64,000 nucleotides of DNA from Nitrospiraceae bacterium (GCA_050246315.1 JBFWWG010000014.1:30911-94910), one strand, 5' to 3'; counted from the stretch's first letter, positions 1 through 10,192 are shown. The notes: generated by a model from the sequence alone, not told the origin. Program-made: numbers and translations.

Positions 1-860
1 AACAGGTCCTTCGCCGCCCCATCGGTTGCGATATTGCCGGCAACCACCTGCAAGCCGGAATATTTCTTCTTCAGCATCCGGACGCGGTCGAGCACCGCTT
101 GGGAATGGCCATGGGCCGTGTCCACCACCACCAGATCCACCCCGGCCTTGGCGAGCAACTCTACCCGCTGATCCGTATCCGGCCCGACACCAATGGCCGC
201 TCCGACGCGAAGCCGTCCATGCTCGTCCTTGCATGCATTCGGGTACTTGATGCGCTTTTCAATGTCCTTGATCGTGATCAGGCCCTTCAGCTCGAATTGT
301 TTGTTGACGACCGGCAGTTTCTCAATCCGGTGCTCGTGCAGAATCTCCCTGGCCTTCTCCAGCGTCGTGCCTTCCGGCGCCGTCACAAGCTTCTCCCGTT
401 TCATGACCTGCGAGACCTTCAACTCCATCCGTGTCTCGAACCGGAGATCGCGGTTGGTGAGAATGCCGACCAGCTTCCCGTGCTTCGTCACCGGAATGCC
501 GGAAATGCGGTAGCGGGTCATCAGCTCATGGGCATCTCTGATGGTCTGATCCGGCGAGATCGTCACGGGATCGAGGATCATCCCGCTTTCCGACTTCTTT
601 ACACGATCCACCTCGGCCGCCTGGTCAACCGGCGAGAGGACGCGGTGGACGATTCCGATCCCTCCTTCGCGGGCCATGGCGATCGCGAGGCGGGCTTCCG
701 TAACCGTATCCATCGCCGCGCTCATGATCGGGATGTGTACCCCGACGGTTCTCGTCACCATCGTGCCCGTTTCGACTTCATTGGGCAACACGTTCGACCG
801 TGCCGGCACCAGCACCACGTCATCAAACGTCAGACCGACGGGAGTATTGTCATCCAGCAT
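1..860 (-). CDS. guaB: IMP dehydrogenase (5' part; runs off the left edge)
   Basis: Not in the ORF track. Manual translation from ATG 860 gives MLDDNTPVGLTFDDVVLVPARS...SAAMDTVTEARLAIAMAREGGIGIVH, the IMPDH N-terminus, followed by a CBS region. Confidence 0.95.
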   Translation of the reverse strand, partial: MLDDNTPVGLTFDDVVLVPARSNVLPNEVETGTMVTRTVGVHIPIMSAAMDTVTEARLAIAMAREGGIGIVHRVLSPVDQAAEVDRVKKSESGMILDPVTISPDQTIRDAHELMTRYRISGIPVTKHGKLVGILTNRDLRFETRMELKVSQVMKREKLVTAPEGTTLEKAREILHEHRIEKLPVVNKQFELKGLITIKDIEKRIKYPNACKDEHGRLRVGAAIGVGPDTDQRVELLAKAGVDLVVVDTAHGHSQAVLDRVRMLKKKYSGLQVVAGNIATDGAAKDL

Positions 861-1272
861 GAGTCACCTGTGGGAGCATGCGCCTCGGCGGCGCATCGAC
901 CTGTACCCCTGAATCCGCAGACCTCAGATCGAATGGAAACACGAAACTCCGGACCGGCCTGCCGTCAGCCGGACATTCAGGAACGCGACGCGCCGGCCGG
1001 TTAACCCGCATTGTTCACAAGAATTCGCGACGCAACAGCGGAGATCCCACGCGTTGGCCCCACGGTATGGAGAGGAACCATGAGCACTCCCACAGGAACC
1101 GCAAGGAAGGGAGGCAGACTTGCCGCAGTCTGTTGACCGACCGAGCGGCGAGTCCGCCCGGTTGGCCGCCCCGAAGTCGCGGCCCGCCTTGTCGCCGCCG
1201 GAGCACCCGTTGCTCCTTGGCGGCAACGGGTCGCACGGCGGTTGCAGTGAAAGACATCGTGACTAGTGCGAG

Positions 1273-4233
1273 TTAGGACGGTTGAACGGTTCGCGGATCG
1301 CTCAACGCCGCGGTCGCCTCCGCCTCCTCCCGCAGCCGCTCCTCCCCTTCTTCGGCCGGCATGAACTGTTGAATTCTGGAGTTGGCGCTGTCCACGACAA
1401 AAATGCTGCCGCGCGGGCCGACCGCAATCCCGTATGGGAAATTGAATTGTCCGTCGCCGTTGCCGAAGCCGCCCCATTGCGTGATGAAATTGCCCTCCCG
1501 ATCGAACTTTTCGATCCGGTGGTTGCCGGCGTCGGACACATAGACATCCGCGTTGGCATCAATCGCGATCCCCCATGGATTTCGAAGCTGTCCTGCCTCG
1601 AACGCGGTCACACTGCTGGCATGGCCGGCGTCGACGCTGCCGCCCCACTTGGTCAACAATTGGGGCAAGACGTTGGTGCTGGTATCGAACTTCTGGATGC
1701 GGTGGTTGCCCATGTCCACGACGTAGACGGAGCCATCGGATTCATCGACGCAGATGCCGCGCGGGAAATAAAACTGCCCGTCGTGGTTCCCGAAGCTACC
1801 CCAGGCCATGATGAACTCGCCCGTGAGGTCGAACTTCTGCACGCGGAAATTCGCGCTGTCCACCACGTATACGTATCCTCGCACCCGATCGACGGCAATT
1901 CCCCATGGCGCGTTGAATTGCCCCTCGCCGTTGCCCCGCGATCCGAATTTCATGAGGTAGCCGCCCAGCTTGCCGTCAAATTTCTGCACACGATGGTTGT
2001 TCGTATCCACGACCCAGACGTCGCCCTTCGCGTCGCAGGCAATCCCCGTCGGATTGTGAAAGCTCCCGTTGGCCGATCCGAACGATCCCCAGAGAATGAT
2101 GAAATTGCCCGCGCTGTCGAATTTCTGGACGCGATTGTTGCCGTTGTCCACCACGAACACGCCGCCTTGCTGATCGACGGTCAGTCCGTACATCGGCGGC
2201 ATGAACTCGCCGCCATGTAATAAGGACGCCCCACGTCCCGGCTTGCCCCACTTCGACACGCACAGGTACCCCGACGTATTGACCAGGATCGTGGCGCTGG
2301 CCGGGACCGAAATGTTCTGTCCCACATCCTTGAACCACACATAGATGGTCTTCTGTCCGTCCCCCGGGGAGAGCACGAACGGAATCGTCGCCCCGAACTT
2401 CATGGCCGGCTCGACCTCGACCCATCCGGGGCTGCCCGCCATCGGGGCCATCGGATTTTCCGAAATGTAGTAGGCCCCAACGCCCGAATCCACATCGTTG
2501 GCCGAAATCGTCACGATGACTTCCGGCGTATTCGTCATGAATGCGCCGTGGTTGAGCACGGCAAAGGGGGTCTGCGGCGCAGTGATGTCGATCAGCACCG
2601 GGGTCTCCGTCACTTCCGCGGAGAGTCCGCTCTCAAGCTCGCCGTCATAGACGGCCGTCAACGCGTAGTAATAGGTCGTATCGTTGCTCAATCCGCTATG
2701 GACGTAGGGATTCTCCACTCCCTCGATCTTGGTGGCCCCCTCCTTCGTGAAGCCAGAATTGGTGCTGAAGTAGAGATTGTAGGAGACGGCGCCCGGCATC
2801 TCCATCCAGCTCACGGTGACCTCCGTATCACCGGCCTTGGCCACGACGCCGCGAGGCGTCTTGTCGTCGGCGGTTTCTTCCCGTTTTGCCTGGAGTGTCC
2901 GGTTCAGTTCTTCCTCCGTCGGCACGTACTTGATGATGCGATTGTTGCCGCTGTCCACCACGAACACATGGCCTTCCTTGTCGATGGCAATGCCGGACGG
3001 AAAATTGAGCTGCCCCTCGCTCAGGCCGCGATTGCCCCAGGAGCAGAGAAAGGTCCCGTTGCCGTCGAACTTCTGGATGCGGTGATTCTCCTGATCCACG
3101 ACGTAGACATTCCCCATGGCGTCGCAGGCCACGCCCCAGGGACGTTTGAATTGCCCCGGGCCGCTCCCCTCGCGTCCCCACTTCGTCAGAAAGCTGCCGC
3201 GGGCGTCGAATTTCTGAATGCGGTGGTTTCCTTCTTCCGACACATAAATATTGCCGACGAAATCAACCGTGATACCGCGGGGGTAGAAAAATGCGCCGTC
3301 ATAGCTGCCGTCGCGTCCCCACTTGAGAAGCGGCGTGCCGTCGTGAGTGAACTTCTGAATCCTGGCGTTGCTCGTGTCCGATACGTACAGGTTGCCTTCA
3401 CGGTCGGTGGCCACGCCCCAGGGCACGTCGAAACGTCCGATATCGGCCCCGCGCCAGGCAAATCCGAATTTGCCCCAGGTGTGCATGTAGTTGCCGTCCC
3501 CATCGAACTTCTGAATGCGGTTGTTGCCGCTGTCTGCCACATACACTTCGCCGGCGGAGCCGACGGCCACACCCCGCGGATAGTAAAATTCCCCCTCAGC
3601 GGCCCCCGCACTACCGCCCCACCGAGCGAGAAACCTTCCCGTCTTGTCGAATTTTTGAATGGAATGATTGTCGGTGTCGCCCACGTAGATGTAGCCGTCC
3701 TTGTCAAGAGCAACCCCGGTTGGGGAGTTGAATTCGCCGTCATCAACTCCTTCGCAGCCGATGATCTGGGCCACGAGGTACGGCGAAGGAATCGTCATGA
3801 CTTCTTGCGACTCCGGGCTCTCCCCTTTCTGCGTCACCACCGTCACGACGTAGTGATAGCAGGTACCGTTGGCGAGGTCCTCATGCAGGTAGGGTGAGGA
3901 GGGTCCTTCGATGCAAGTCCCTTTTTCTTTCGTCACGCCGATTTTGGTCTTGAAGTCCTGAGGGCCCGCAATCGGCCGCGTCAATTCCGAAAACTTGATC
4001 TGCACGCCCTTGGTCGTCATGTAGTAGACGTTGTAGTACATGGCGTCTGCAACAGAATCCCAGGTCAACAACACACGACCGTTCCCAGGCTGGGCCTTGA
4101 GGTTCATCGGCGCCGGTGGAAGTTCGTCTTCCGCCGTCACTTCGCCCGTCCCCCACTCCTCCGAGCTGGACTGGACGGAGAGTCGTAAACGGGATCGGTG
4201 GTCTTCTTCCTCAAAAAGCCAGCTGAGCCTCAT
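1273..4233 (-). CDS. Large NHL-repeat (beta-propeller) protein with FN3-like domains
   Basis: 986 aa with two blocks of F.PxGIAVD.GxVYV.DxGNxRIQKFD repeats, each preceded by an FN3-like segment (VxLxW...YNxY...YYYxVT). Confidence 0.85.
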   Translation of the reverse strand: MRLSWLFEEEDHRSRLRLSVQSSSEEWGTGEVTAEDELPPAPMNLKAQPGNGRVLLTWDSVADAMYYNVYYMTTKGVQIKFSELTRPIAGPQDFKTKIGVTKEKGTCIEGPSSPYLHEDLANGTCYHYVVTVVTQKGESPESQEVMTIPSPYLVAQIIGCEGVDDGEFNSPTGVALDKDGYIYVGDTDNHSIQKFDKTGRFLARWGGSAGAAEGEFYYPRGVAVGSAGEVYVADSGNNRIQKFDGDGNYMHTWGKFGFAWRGADIGRFDVPWGVATDREGNLYVSDTSNARIQKFTHDGTPLLKWGRDGSYDGAFFYPRGITVDFVGNIYVSEEGNHRIQKFDARGSFLTKWGREGSGPGQFKRPWGVACDAMGNVYVVDQENHRIQKFDGNGTFLCSWGNRGLSEGQLNFPSGIAIDKEGHVFVVDSGNNRIIKYVPTEEELNRTLQAKREETADDKTPRGVVAKAGDTEVTVSWMEMPGAVSYNLYFSTNSGFTKEGATKIEGVENPYVHSGLSNDTTYYYALTAVYDGELESGLSAEVTETPVLIDITAPQTPFAVLNHGAFMTNTPEVIVTISANDVDSGVGAYYISENPMAPMAGSPGWVEVEPAMKFGATIPFVLSPGDGQKTIYVWFKDVGQNISVPASATILVNTSGYLCVSKWGKPGRGASLLHGGEFMPPMYGLTVDQQGGVFVVDNGNNRVQKFDSAGNFIILWGSFGSANGSFHNPTGIACDAKGDVWVVDTNNHRVQKFDGKLGGYLMKFGSRGNGEGQFNAPWGIAVDRVRGYVYVVDSANFRVQKFDLTGEFIMAWGSFGNHDGQFYFPRGICVDESDGSVYVVDMGNHRIQKFDTSTNVLPQLLTKWGGSVDAGHASSVTAFEAGQLRNPWGIAIDANADVYVSDAGNHRIEKFDREGNFITQWGGFGNGDGQFNFPYGIAVGPRGSIFVVDSANSRIQQFMPAEEGEERLREEAEATAALSDPRTVQPS

Positions 4234-4476
4234 AGGATTGCCTCGTTCCTTTGTTCAGGATTTCAACTGCTTAGCTTGCCGCTCCAGCCATGATGCTGGT
4301 AAGACCTGGGAGTCTAGCAAAGGCTTAAGAATGGCGTCAAGGCAAGGGCCTGAGGGGTGGCTGGAGAGACTAGGAGGCTTGTCATGCCAAGGCATGAAGC
4401 CCTCTTCCGGCCACACATGATGTCGGCCCGTGAAGACCGGTTTCGAAGGCTGGGAGACTCCGCGACGGCGGAACGA

Positions 4477-5418
4477 TCAGGCGGTTGCCGACTCCGGGAC
4501 CAAATCCGGCATGGCCTCCGCTTCAACCGTCGCCTCGACTCGATCGCCGGATTCGTCCATTGTAAGGGGAGTCCCATCATGCAGGTCCGCCGTCAGCGAA
4601 GACGATGGGGCTATCCCCGTCGAATCCTCGGCCATCGCATCGGACAAACCCGGGTCGGGAGTGCGTTCGTCGTTCGTTCCATCCAACGCCGCTTCGCTCA
4701 AGAGCGACACTTGATCGCCTTCGCCGAGTTCTTTGAACTCGCGGAGCGGCGGAAGATCGGCCAAACTCTTGAGACCGAAATGTTCCAGGAAGTGCTTCGT
4801 CGTGCCGTACATGATCGGTCGACCCGGCTCTTCCTTGCGTCCGACCATCCGGACCAACTTGCGTTCCAACAGGGTCCGCAGCACACCGGACGTTTCCACG
4901 CCGCGGATCTTTTCGATCTCTCCCCGGACGATCGGCTGGCGGTAGGCAATGATCGCCAACGATTCCACAGCCGACCGGGAGAGCTTCGCCGGCGTCTTCG
5001 CTTTCTCCAGACGTCTAATCCAGGGAGCAAACTGTTCTTTGGTCGCAAGTCGATATCCGCCGGCCACCTGTACGACCTGGAGTGCGCGTCCGTCGCGCAG
5101 GTAGTCTTGCTGGAGTTCACGAAGCGCCGTCACCACTTGGCTCTTGGTCACCTGCCCCAAGATCGTGGTGCACCGCTCGACCGAGAGCGGCTCACCCGCG
5201 ACGAAGAGCAGCGCTTCCAGCACCGCCTTGACCTCCGCATCGACCGGCTCCACGTCATCCCGCTCTCCGGTCGCCTCCCGGTCGGTTTCCACATCTGGAT
5301 CAGGAGCCTTCATGACGCTCAGGTCGTCCATCGCAACAGCTTGCGCGCCTTCCTCATGTGATGCGATCTGTTCCGACAACGCCATCGGTTCGGTCATCGG
5401 CTCGATCAGGTCACTCAT
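4477..5418 (-). CDS. scpB: SMC-Scp complex subunit ScpB
   Basis: LEALLFVAGEPL, LSRSAVESLAIIAYRQPI, GRPIMYGTTKHFLEHFGL; adjacent to scpA. Confidence 0.95.
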   Translation of the reverse strand: MSDLIEPMTEPMALSEQIASHEEGAQAVAMDDLSVMKAPDPDVETDREATGERDDVEPVDAEVKAVLEALLFVAGEPLSVERCTTILGQVTKSQVVTALRELQQDYLRDGRALQVVQVAGGYRLATKEQFAPWIRRLEKAKTPAKLSRSAVESLAIIAYRQPIVRGEIEKIRGVETSGVLRTLLERKLVRMVGRKEEPGRPIMYGTTKHFLEHFGLKSLADLPPLREFKELGEGDQVSLLSEAALDGTNDERTPDPGLSDAMAEDSTGIAPSSSLTADLHDGTPLTMDESGDRVEATVEAEAMPDLVPESATA

Positions 5419-5439
5419 CGCCCCACCTCCTCATCCTGC

Positions 5440-6207
5440 TCAACTCTCCTCGACCAGGTCTTCGACATCCGACATGGCCGTAAAGGCCCGTGAAATCAAG
5501 ATCGTGCCGAACAGCTCGGCTTGATACGCTCGGATAATTCGCAACCGGATCAATTCGAGCAAGGCCAGGAACGTCACGATGACCGTCACCCGCGTGACCG
5601 GCCCCTCGAACAACTCGCCGAACGTCGCGGATTCCTGTGCCTCCAGACGCTCCACGATCACATTCATTTGATTCCGCACCGTCAGGTGATCCGGCACAAT
5701 GTCCATCACGGTCGCGGCCGGCGTACGGGCCAGGATGTCGTGCAACGCATCGACCAGCTCAAACAGAGACACATCCTCTGCGAGATAGTCTTGGGGGTCG
5801 TTGGTGGGCAGCGGCTCAGGCGCCCTGGTGAAGACGTTCCGCCACCGCCGCGACTGATCTTCCAATTCAGTTGCCGCCTCTTTGAACTGCTTGTACTCCA
5901 AGAGACGACGGACCAATTCTTCGCGCGGATCGGGCCCGTCCTCGTCATCAAGGGCGCGCTCCTCCACCGGAAGCAACATGCGGGATTTGATCTGCAACAG
6001 CGTCGCAGCCATGACAAGAAATTCTCCTGCCACGGCCAGATTCAACGACCGCATACTTTCCAGATAGTCGAGATACTGCTGGGCAATCAGCGCAATCGGG
6101 ATATCGTAGATATTGATCTGATTCTGCCGGATGAGATGCAGCAACAGATCGAGCGGACCTTCAAACTTCTCAAGTCGCACCTGATAAGGAAGTTCGACCT
6201 GCTCCAC
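5440..6207 (-). CDS. scpA: Segregation and condensation protein ScpA
   Basis: FEGPLDLLLHLI...FLVMAATLLQIKSRMLLP...TFLALLEL. Start moved to GTG 6207, which follows AAGGA. Confidence 0.93.
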   Translation of the reverse strand: MEQVELPYQVRLEKFEGPLDLLLHLIRQNQINIYDIPIALIAQQYLDYLESMRSLNLAVAGEFLVMAATLLQIKSRMLLPVEERALDDEDGPDPREELVRRLLEYKQFKEAATELEDQSRRWRNVFTRAPEPLPTNDPQDYLAEDVSLFELVDALHDILARTPAATVMDIVPDHLTVRNQMNVIVERLEAQESATFGELFEGPVTRVTVIVTFLALLELIRLRIIRAYQAELFGTILISRAFTAMSDVEDLVEES

Positions 6208-6319
6208 AGTGTCCTTGGGCTTGATGGCTGAACGTTCGCGTGCAAGGCGGGACAATGGTGCTCTTATAGCAGCTTATTGGGGGTACCGGCAAGCCAAAAC
6301 TCTATATGTGGTAGGTTTT

Positions 6320-7417
6320 TCAGCCGCTTCCGCGGGAGCGGCTTCTCGGACGATAGGTCTGCGCAAGAATCAAGAGTGTGAAAATGACGGCGACCGTGGC
6401 CACGAGAAAGATCGGCCACAAGACGGATTTGCCGGCGGGCAACCGTCGCTCCCCCTTGAATGTCGTTCTGCTGAATCCGGGCGCCTGCCCAAACTCGGCC
6501 GTGGAAAAATCGCCCGTCCCGTTGAAGACCGCATCCGCATAATCATTCACAGAACGGAAGACGGCTCCACGAAACAAGGCCGGTTGATCAAAGACCGTGA
6601 AGAGGAAATAGACCTCCCGTTCGAAGCGGCTCCGCGAGAAATCGGCGCCCGCTTGAAAATGGCTTCCGGAGAAGCCCGAACCCTGCCTGAATTGGACGCC
6701 GGTGAAATTCGCCGGCCCACGGAAGGTCACTTCCAACAATTCCGCCAATCCGTTGAACGTCGCCTCGCGGAAGGACGCCGCCTCCTGAAAGACCGTCCGG
6801 TGAAATCGTGAGAGGACGTTGAACGTCGTCCGATCGAACAAGACGTCCCGCACGAACCTATCCTGAACAAAGAACCCTTCACGTGAAAAGACGGCTCCGG
6901 ACCAGTCTACGGGGCCGAGAAAGATGACACGCGACCAGTCTTGGAACCCCTCGAACCTCGTTCCGGTCATGGTCACGGCACCCTCGATCACCAGATACCC
7001 ATGCCGGCTGCGGTGAGTCATCGATCCGCGCACCGTGGAATCCCGGATCGTGATCCCGCCCTTCACGATGCGGATCTCCTCCGCGTCCTTCTGGGCGAGC
7101 CACTCGCGCACCAACACGGGTAGTTTCTGCCGCTCGCCGTCTAACGCAATCGGCAAGGCATCCAGGGTCAGGTCGCCGATCACCACAATTCCTTGGAGAT
7201 CGAGCCCCTGCCCGTCCGTGAGCGCCTGCAGGAGATCTTGTGCGGCAACCGCCTGTTGCTGCCGCTCTTGCGGGGAACAGTCGGCACCAAGATGTCTGAC
7301 AAAGACAGAGCGCTGTGATTCGAGGCCGACCGAGCGATCACAGGCCAGGGTTGGGCCGACGCCGCCCAGACCACCCAGCCAGACGATCACAACACTGGCG
7401 AGTTGCAGGCCCCTCAT
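6320..7417 (-). CDS. Pentapeptide-repeat-containing exported/membrane protein
   Basis: Signal-like N-terminus (MRGLQLASVVIVW), A.F..A.F repeats (ASFREATF, ADFSRSRF, ALFRGAVF) and a C-terminal TM helix. Start uncertain. Confidence 0.7.
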   Translation of the reverse strand: MRGLQLASVVIVWLGGLGGVGPTLACDRSVGLESQRSVFVRHLGADCSPQERQQQAVAAQDLLQALTDGQGLDLQGIVVIGDLTLDALPIALDGERQKLPVLVREWLAQKDAEEIRIVKGGITIRDSTVRGSMTHRSRHGYLVIEGAVTMTGTRFEGFQDWSRVIFLGPVDWSGAVFSREGFFVQDRFVRDVLFDRTTFNVLSRFHRTVFQEAASFREATFNGLAELLEVTFRGPANFTGVQFRQGSGFSGSHFQAGADFSRSRFEREVYFLFTVFDQPALFRGAVFRSVNDYADAVFNGTGDFSTAEFGQAPGFSRTTFKGERRLPAGKSVLWPIFLVATVAVIFTLLILAQTYRPRSRSRGSG

Positions 7418-7594
7418 GATTGGGCCATGGAAACTCCGACGAGGCTCCTCCCACGTCGGCGGTTGCTCGACCGGCGACGGTCGCGGACGTTTCCCATTTC
7501 TTCGAGATCGATTCACGGAATCTGCCCCACCGGCTACACTATGGCCATGATGCCCTTCAGCCGCAAGCGGCTCTCCGGCATCGCGCAGACCGAA

Positions 7595-8488
7595 ATGCCG
7601 AATGCGCGTCCGCACGCCGCCTGGATGCCACCTGCCATTGTCCTGTCCCTGGTCCTCGCCTTGGCCTCGCCGACCGACGCACAGGTCGAATCGGCGGTCG
7701 AAATTCCGCTGCTCGCTGCCTACCACGGCAACGACCGAGGGGTTCTGGAAATAGTGCTCATCCATTGGGACAGGAAGCCCTCGCCCAACCCGATCGCCCT
7801 CCGATGGATCGCACGGGATGTGGTCTATGGCCCGACTCACCTTCAGGCGATGGAAGCGGCGTTTCGGTATGCGATCCGGCGGACCTCTGCCTCGGCACGC
7901 GGCGCCCAGACCGGAACAGTTTCCGTGCGCGGCGATTCATACCTCCCCACGACCAGCGATGGCCCGAGCGCCGGGGCCGTGATGGCAGTGGGATTTCTTG
8001 CGTTGTTACGGGGAGACCCCATTCAACGGGGCATCGCCTTGACCGGCACGGTCGATTCGGATGGGCGGATTGGGCCGGTCGGGAACATTCCAGATAAGAT
8101 CCGCGCCGCTGCCCGTGAGGGATTTCGGACGATTCTCATTCCAGGAGACCAGTACTATGATCCCCATTGGAATCTGGATCACTTAAGTGTGGAGTTGGGC
8201 GTCGCGATCCGGGAAGTGGCCACGATCGAAGAGGCCTACCATCTGATGACCGGCCGGCGTTTGTCGTCGACGGATCGGCCACCGGAAGCCTTGCTGAACG
8301 ACGCCCTAGTCATCCTCTCGACTGAATTTCCTCCGCAGGAGCACTGCGGCGGTTTCGCCCCACCAAGGTGGACGGATGATCTGAGGGAAACACGGAAGGA
8401 AACGTCTTGTCTCATGCCCGGGGCAGGCGCTGATCCATGGATCGGACAGCGGGTGGTACGAACAAGGGCTTCCTATCGCTCGTCGTAA
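7595..8488 (+). CDS. Lon-type S16 Ser-Lys peptidase domain protein, probably exported
   Basis: DGPSAG catalytic Ser motif, ALTGTVDSDGRIGPVGNIPDKIRAA (catalytic Lys) and a hydrophobic N-terminus. Start uncertain. Confidence 0.8.
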   Translation: MPNARPHAAWMPPAIVLSLVLALASPTDAQVESAVEIPLLAAYHGNDRGVLEIVLIHWDRKPSPNPIALRWIARDVVYGPTHLQAMEAAFRYAIRRTSASARGAQTGTVSVRGDSYLPTTSDGPSAGAVMAVGFLALLRGDPIQRGIALTGTVDSDGRIGPVGNIPDKIRAAAREGFRTILIPGDQYYDPHWNLDHLSVELGVAIREVATIEEAYHLMTGRRLSSTDRPPEALLNDALVILSTEFPPQEHCGGFAPPRWTDDLRETRKETSCLMPGAGADPWIGQRVVRTRASYRSS

Positions 8489-8970
8489 TCGTCTCCCGAA
8501 TTTCCGAGAAGATCGTCCGATTTATCGAGATAGTCCACATCCTCGTCTTCGTCGTCCAGGGCAAGGTCCTCGGACATGTCATCTTCCAGCGGTTCTTCCC
8601 CGAGGTCGATCTCCTCCTCTCCCAGTTCCTCGTCCATCTCCTCCATTTCATCCGGTTCGAGAGGAGGGAGCGGTTTCCCCGTTGAAGCCGTCTTCTTTTC
8701 GGCCGGTGCTACGGCTTTCCCGGCCGCAACCGCCCTCTGTTCCGATTTGGATTCAGCCTTGCCCGGGCTTTTCTTTGCGGCAGACTTCTTGACAAACTTG
8801 GCCGACATTTTCGAGGGACCCTTTTTCGCCTTCTTCGTTGCAGGCCCAGCTTGACGTGCCGACGCTGTCTTTGCGGCTTTCTTTTTCATCGGCTTCTTGG
8901 CAGAGCTTGCGGCAGGCTTGCTGGTAGGTTTTTTCCCAGACTTCTTTCCGCCCTTCTTCGCAGGGGCCAT
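8473..8970 (-). CDS. Lys/Ala-rich basic N-terminus with acidic C-terminus, hypothetical protein
   Basis: 165 aa; GAGGGAGG RBS; MAPAKKGGKK... followed by a D/E-rich tail. Confidence 0.75.
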   Translation of the reverse strand: MAPAKKGGKKSGKKPTSKPAASSAKKPMKKKAAKTASARQAGPATKKAKKGPSKMSAKFVKKSAAKKSPGKAESKSEQRAVAAGKAVAPAEKKTASTGKPLPPLEPDEMEEMDEELGEEEIDLGEEPLEDDMSEDLALDDEDEDVDYLDKSDDLLGNSGDDYDER

Positions 8971-9333
8971 CGTTTGCGTTCCTCCCTCTTCACAAGCGAT
9001 CGACGGTGATCACGAGGGCACCATCTAGCACGAATGAATAGCGGGTTTCAACCGCAGAATCATGCAGCCCTTATGCGGGCATCGTGCCCAACGGGAGCAC
9101 CGCGTGCACGGTCAAACCGGTCGTCGTCTCACCCGTCCGATCTAAGCGCATGTCTCTCACCCGCCCAACTCCGGTGCGGCGGGACACCTCGGTCTACGGG
9201 CGAGGTCGCGGCGAGCAGGAGCATGAATATCTGTCATTCGTCAAAAGTATTGGAGCGGCAACGCATCTCACCTTATCCATCTCATCGCAGTTCGATTGAC
9301 AGGTGACAGTTGACGCATGACGGTCAAGCCCAT

Positions 9334-9375
9334 CGGCGAGAACGAAGCTGGCAGGCCTTTTCGATAGCCTGTCAG
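9334..9375 (-). repeat. Partial end of the small inverted-repeat element also at 25981-26090
   Basis: Minus strand ctgacaggctatcgaaaaggcctgccagcttcgttctcg resembles ctgacacgaggttgaaaaagtccgccagctttgttttcg at about 25972-26010. Confidence 0.45.
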
Positions 9376-9567
9376 CTCCGACAGCGCAGCGGCGGGGCCG
9401 TCGGCCTGGCCGACCGGCCCCGATCGCCTCACCTAGGCCCTCTCTTCAACCTCCCCGATTTGTCGGGAGGCCGGGAAACAGGCTCATGGACACCCGCTGC
9501 CTCACCCGGCCTGTCCGTGAATAGACCGGCTCTGGGCCGGTGCCATCCACTGAGCCGTGCGGGTGGA

Positions 9568-9687
9568 CTGGATCAGACGGAAGCCGATGATGTTGTTCCG
9601 GTAGTTGGCATCGCCCCAGCTCCGGTCTGACGTCCGCAGGTTCTCCGGTTTGTTGTTCCAGGACCCTCACCGGATCAGGCACCGGCC
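9568..9687 (-). mobile_element. DGR template repeat (TR)-like sequence, degenerate
   Basis: Gap-free 120-nt alignment to 10878-10997 (85/120). AAC-rich, reads R*GSWNNKPENLR...NYRNNIIGFRL. 20 of its 28 adenines differ in the partner versus 15 of 92 other bases. Confidence 0.8.
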
Positions 9688-9825
9688 GACTCTTGGCATG
9701 CCCTCCCATTGAACAGCGTAGACCGTTAGGCTGCCAGACCATCTGGTGCATCAGGGGCACCTGGACCAGATAGCATCCTCTGGCTACCATGCGGTCTGCG
9801 AAGCGTTTGAGGGAGGACGTCTCCC

Positions 9826-10037
9826 ATGTTAAAGGCAAGGCGAACAACAAGACCGTCGGGATCTCACGTGGAGTATGGGAGGGGGCGAGGACTAATCCGA
9901 GATACGACACTCTTATGGAGGAACTGGAAGACCTTGAGGATCTCCACCGGGAGAAGGCCAAGAAGGAGAAAGGATCTCCATTGGAGGAAGTGCTGAAGGA
10001 ATATGAAGTGCCTCACCACGTCCAGCTTGATCGGTGA
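9826..10037 (+). pseudogene. Degenerate type II antitoxin upstream of the RelE-like toxin
   Basis: The RBS-preceded ATG 9826 is out of frame with the antitoxin-like C-terminus YDTLMEELEDLEDL...PLEEVLKE, whose stop overlaps the toxin start (TGATG). Confidence 0.5.
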
Positions 10038-10192
10038 TGGCTTACGAGGTCATCTTCACCCCTCGTACCAGACGAACGTTCCTTCACCTCCCGACGACTA
10101 TTGCTCGCAAAATCGCACAAGCCCTTCAGACACTTGCGGACAATCCGAGATCACATCTGTCGATCAAATTGTCCGGCGGAGAAGGATACCGT
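10037..10192 (+). pseudogene. Truncated RelE/ParE-family toxin
   Basis: MAYEVIFTPRTRRTFLHLP...ALQTLADNPR...IKLSGGEGYR, then similarity stops at the end of the antisense brnA-like gene; the expected RVGDYRI part is missing. Confidence 0.7.

Noticed and set aside
99..1004. 301-aa plus-strand ORF
   Set aside because: Antisense shadow of guaB. The same applies to other long shadows such as 2548-3897, 32907-34319, 40340-41575, 50696-51787, 55819-56787 and 58623-60230.
8270..8488. C-terminal extension of the Lon-like peptidase as an extra domain
   Set aside because: Looks like read-through into intergenic DNA up to the convergent gene; no motif.
9000..9450. Expected DGR reverse transcriptase downstream of the TR
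   Set aside because: No long ORF or YxDD-like motif seen; the space is too short.
9446..9961. 171-aa minus-strand ORF, or an avd remnant
   Set aside because: Crosses the TR out of frame and lies antisense to the antitoxin remnant; no convincing Avd similarity.
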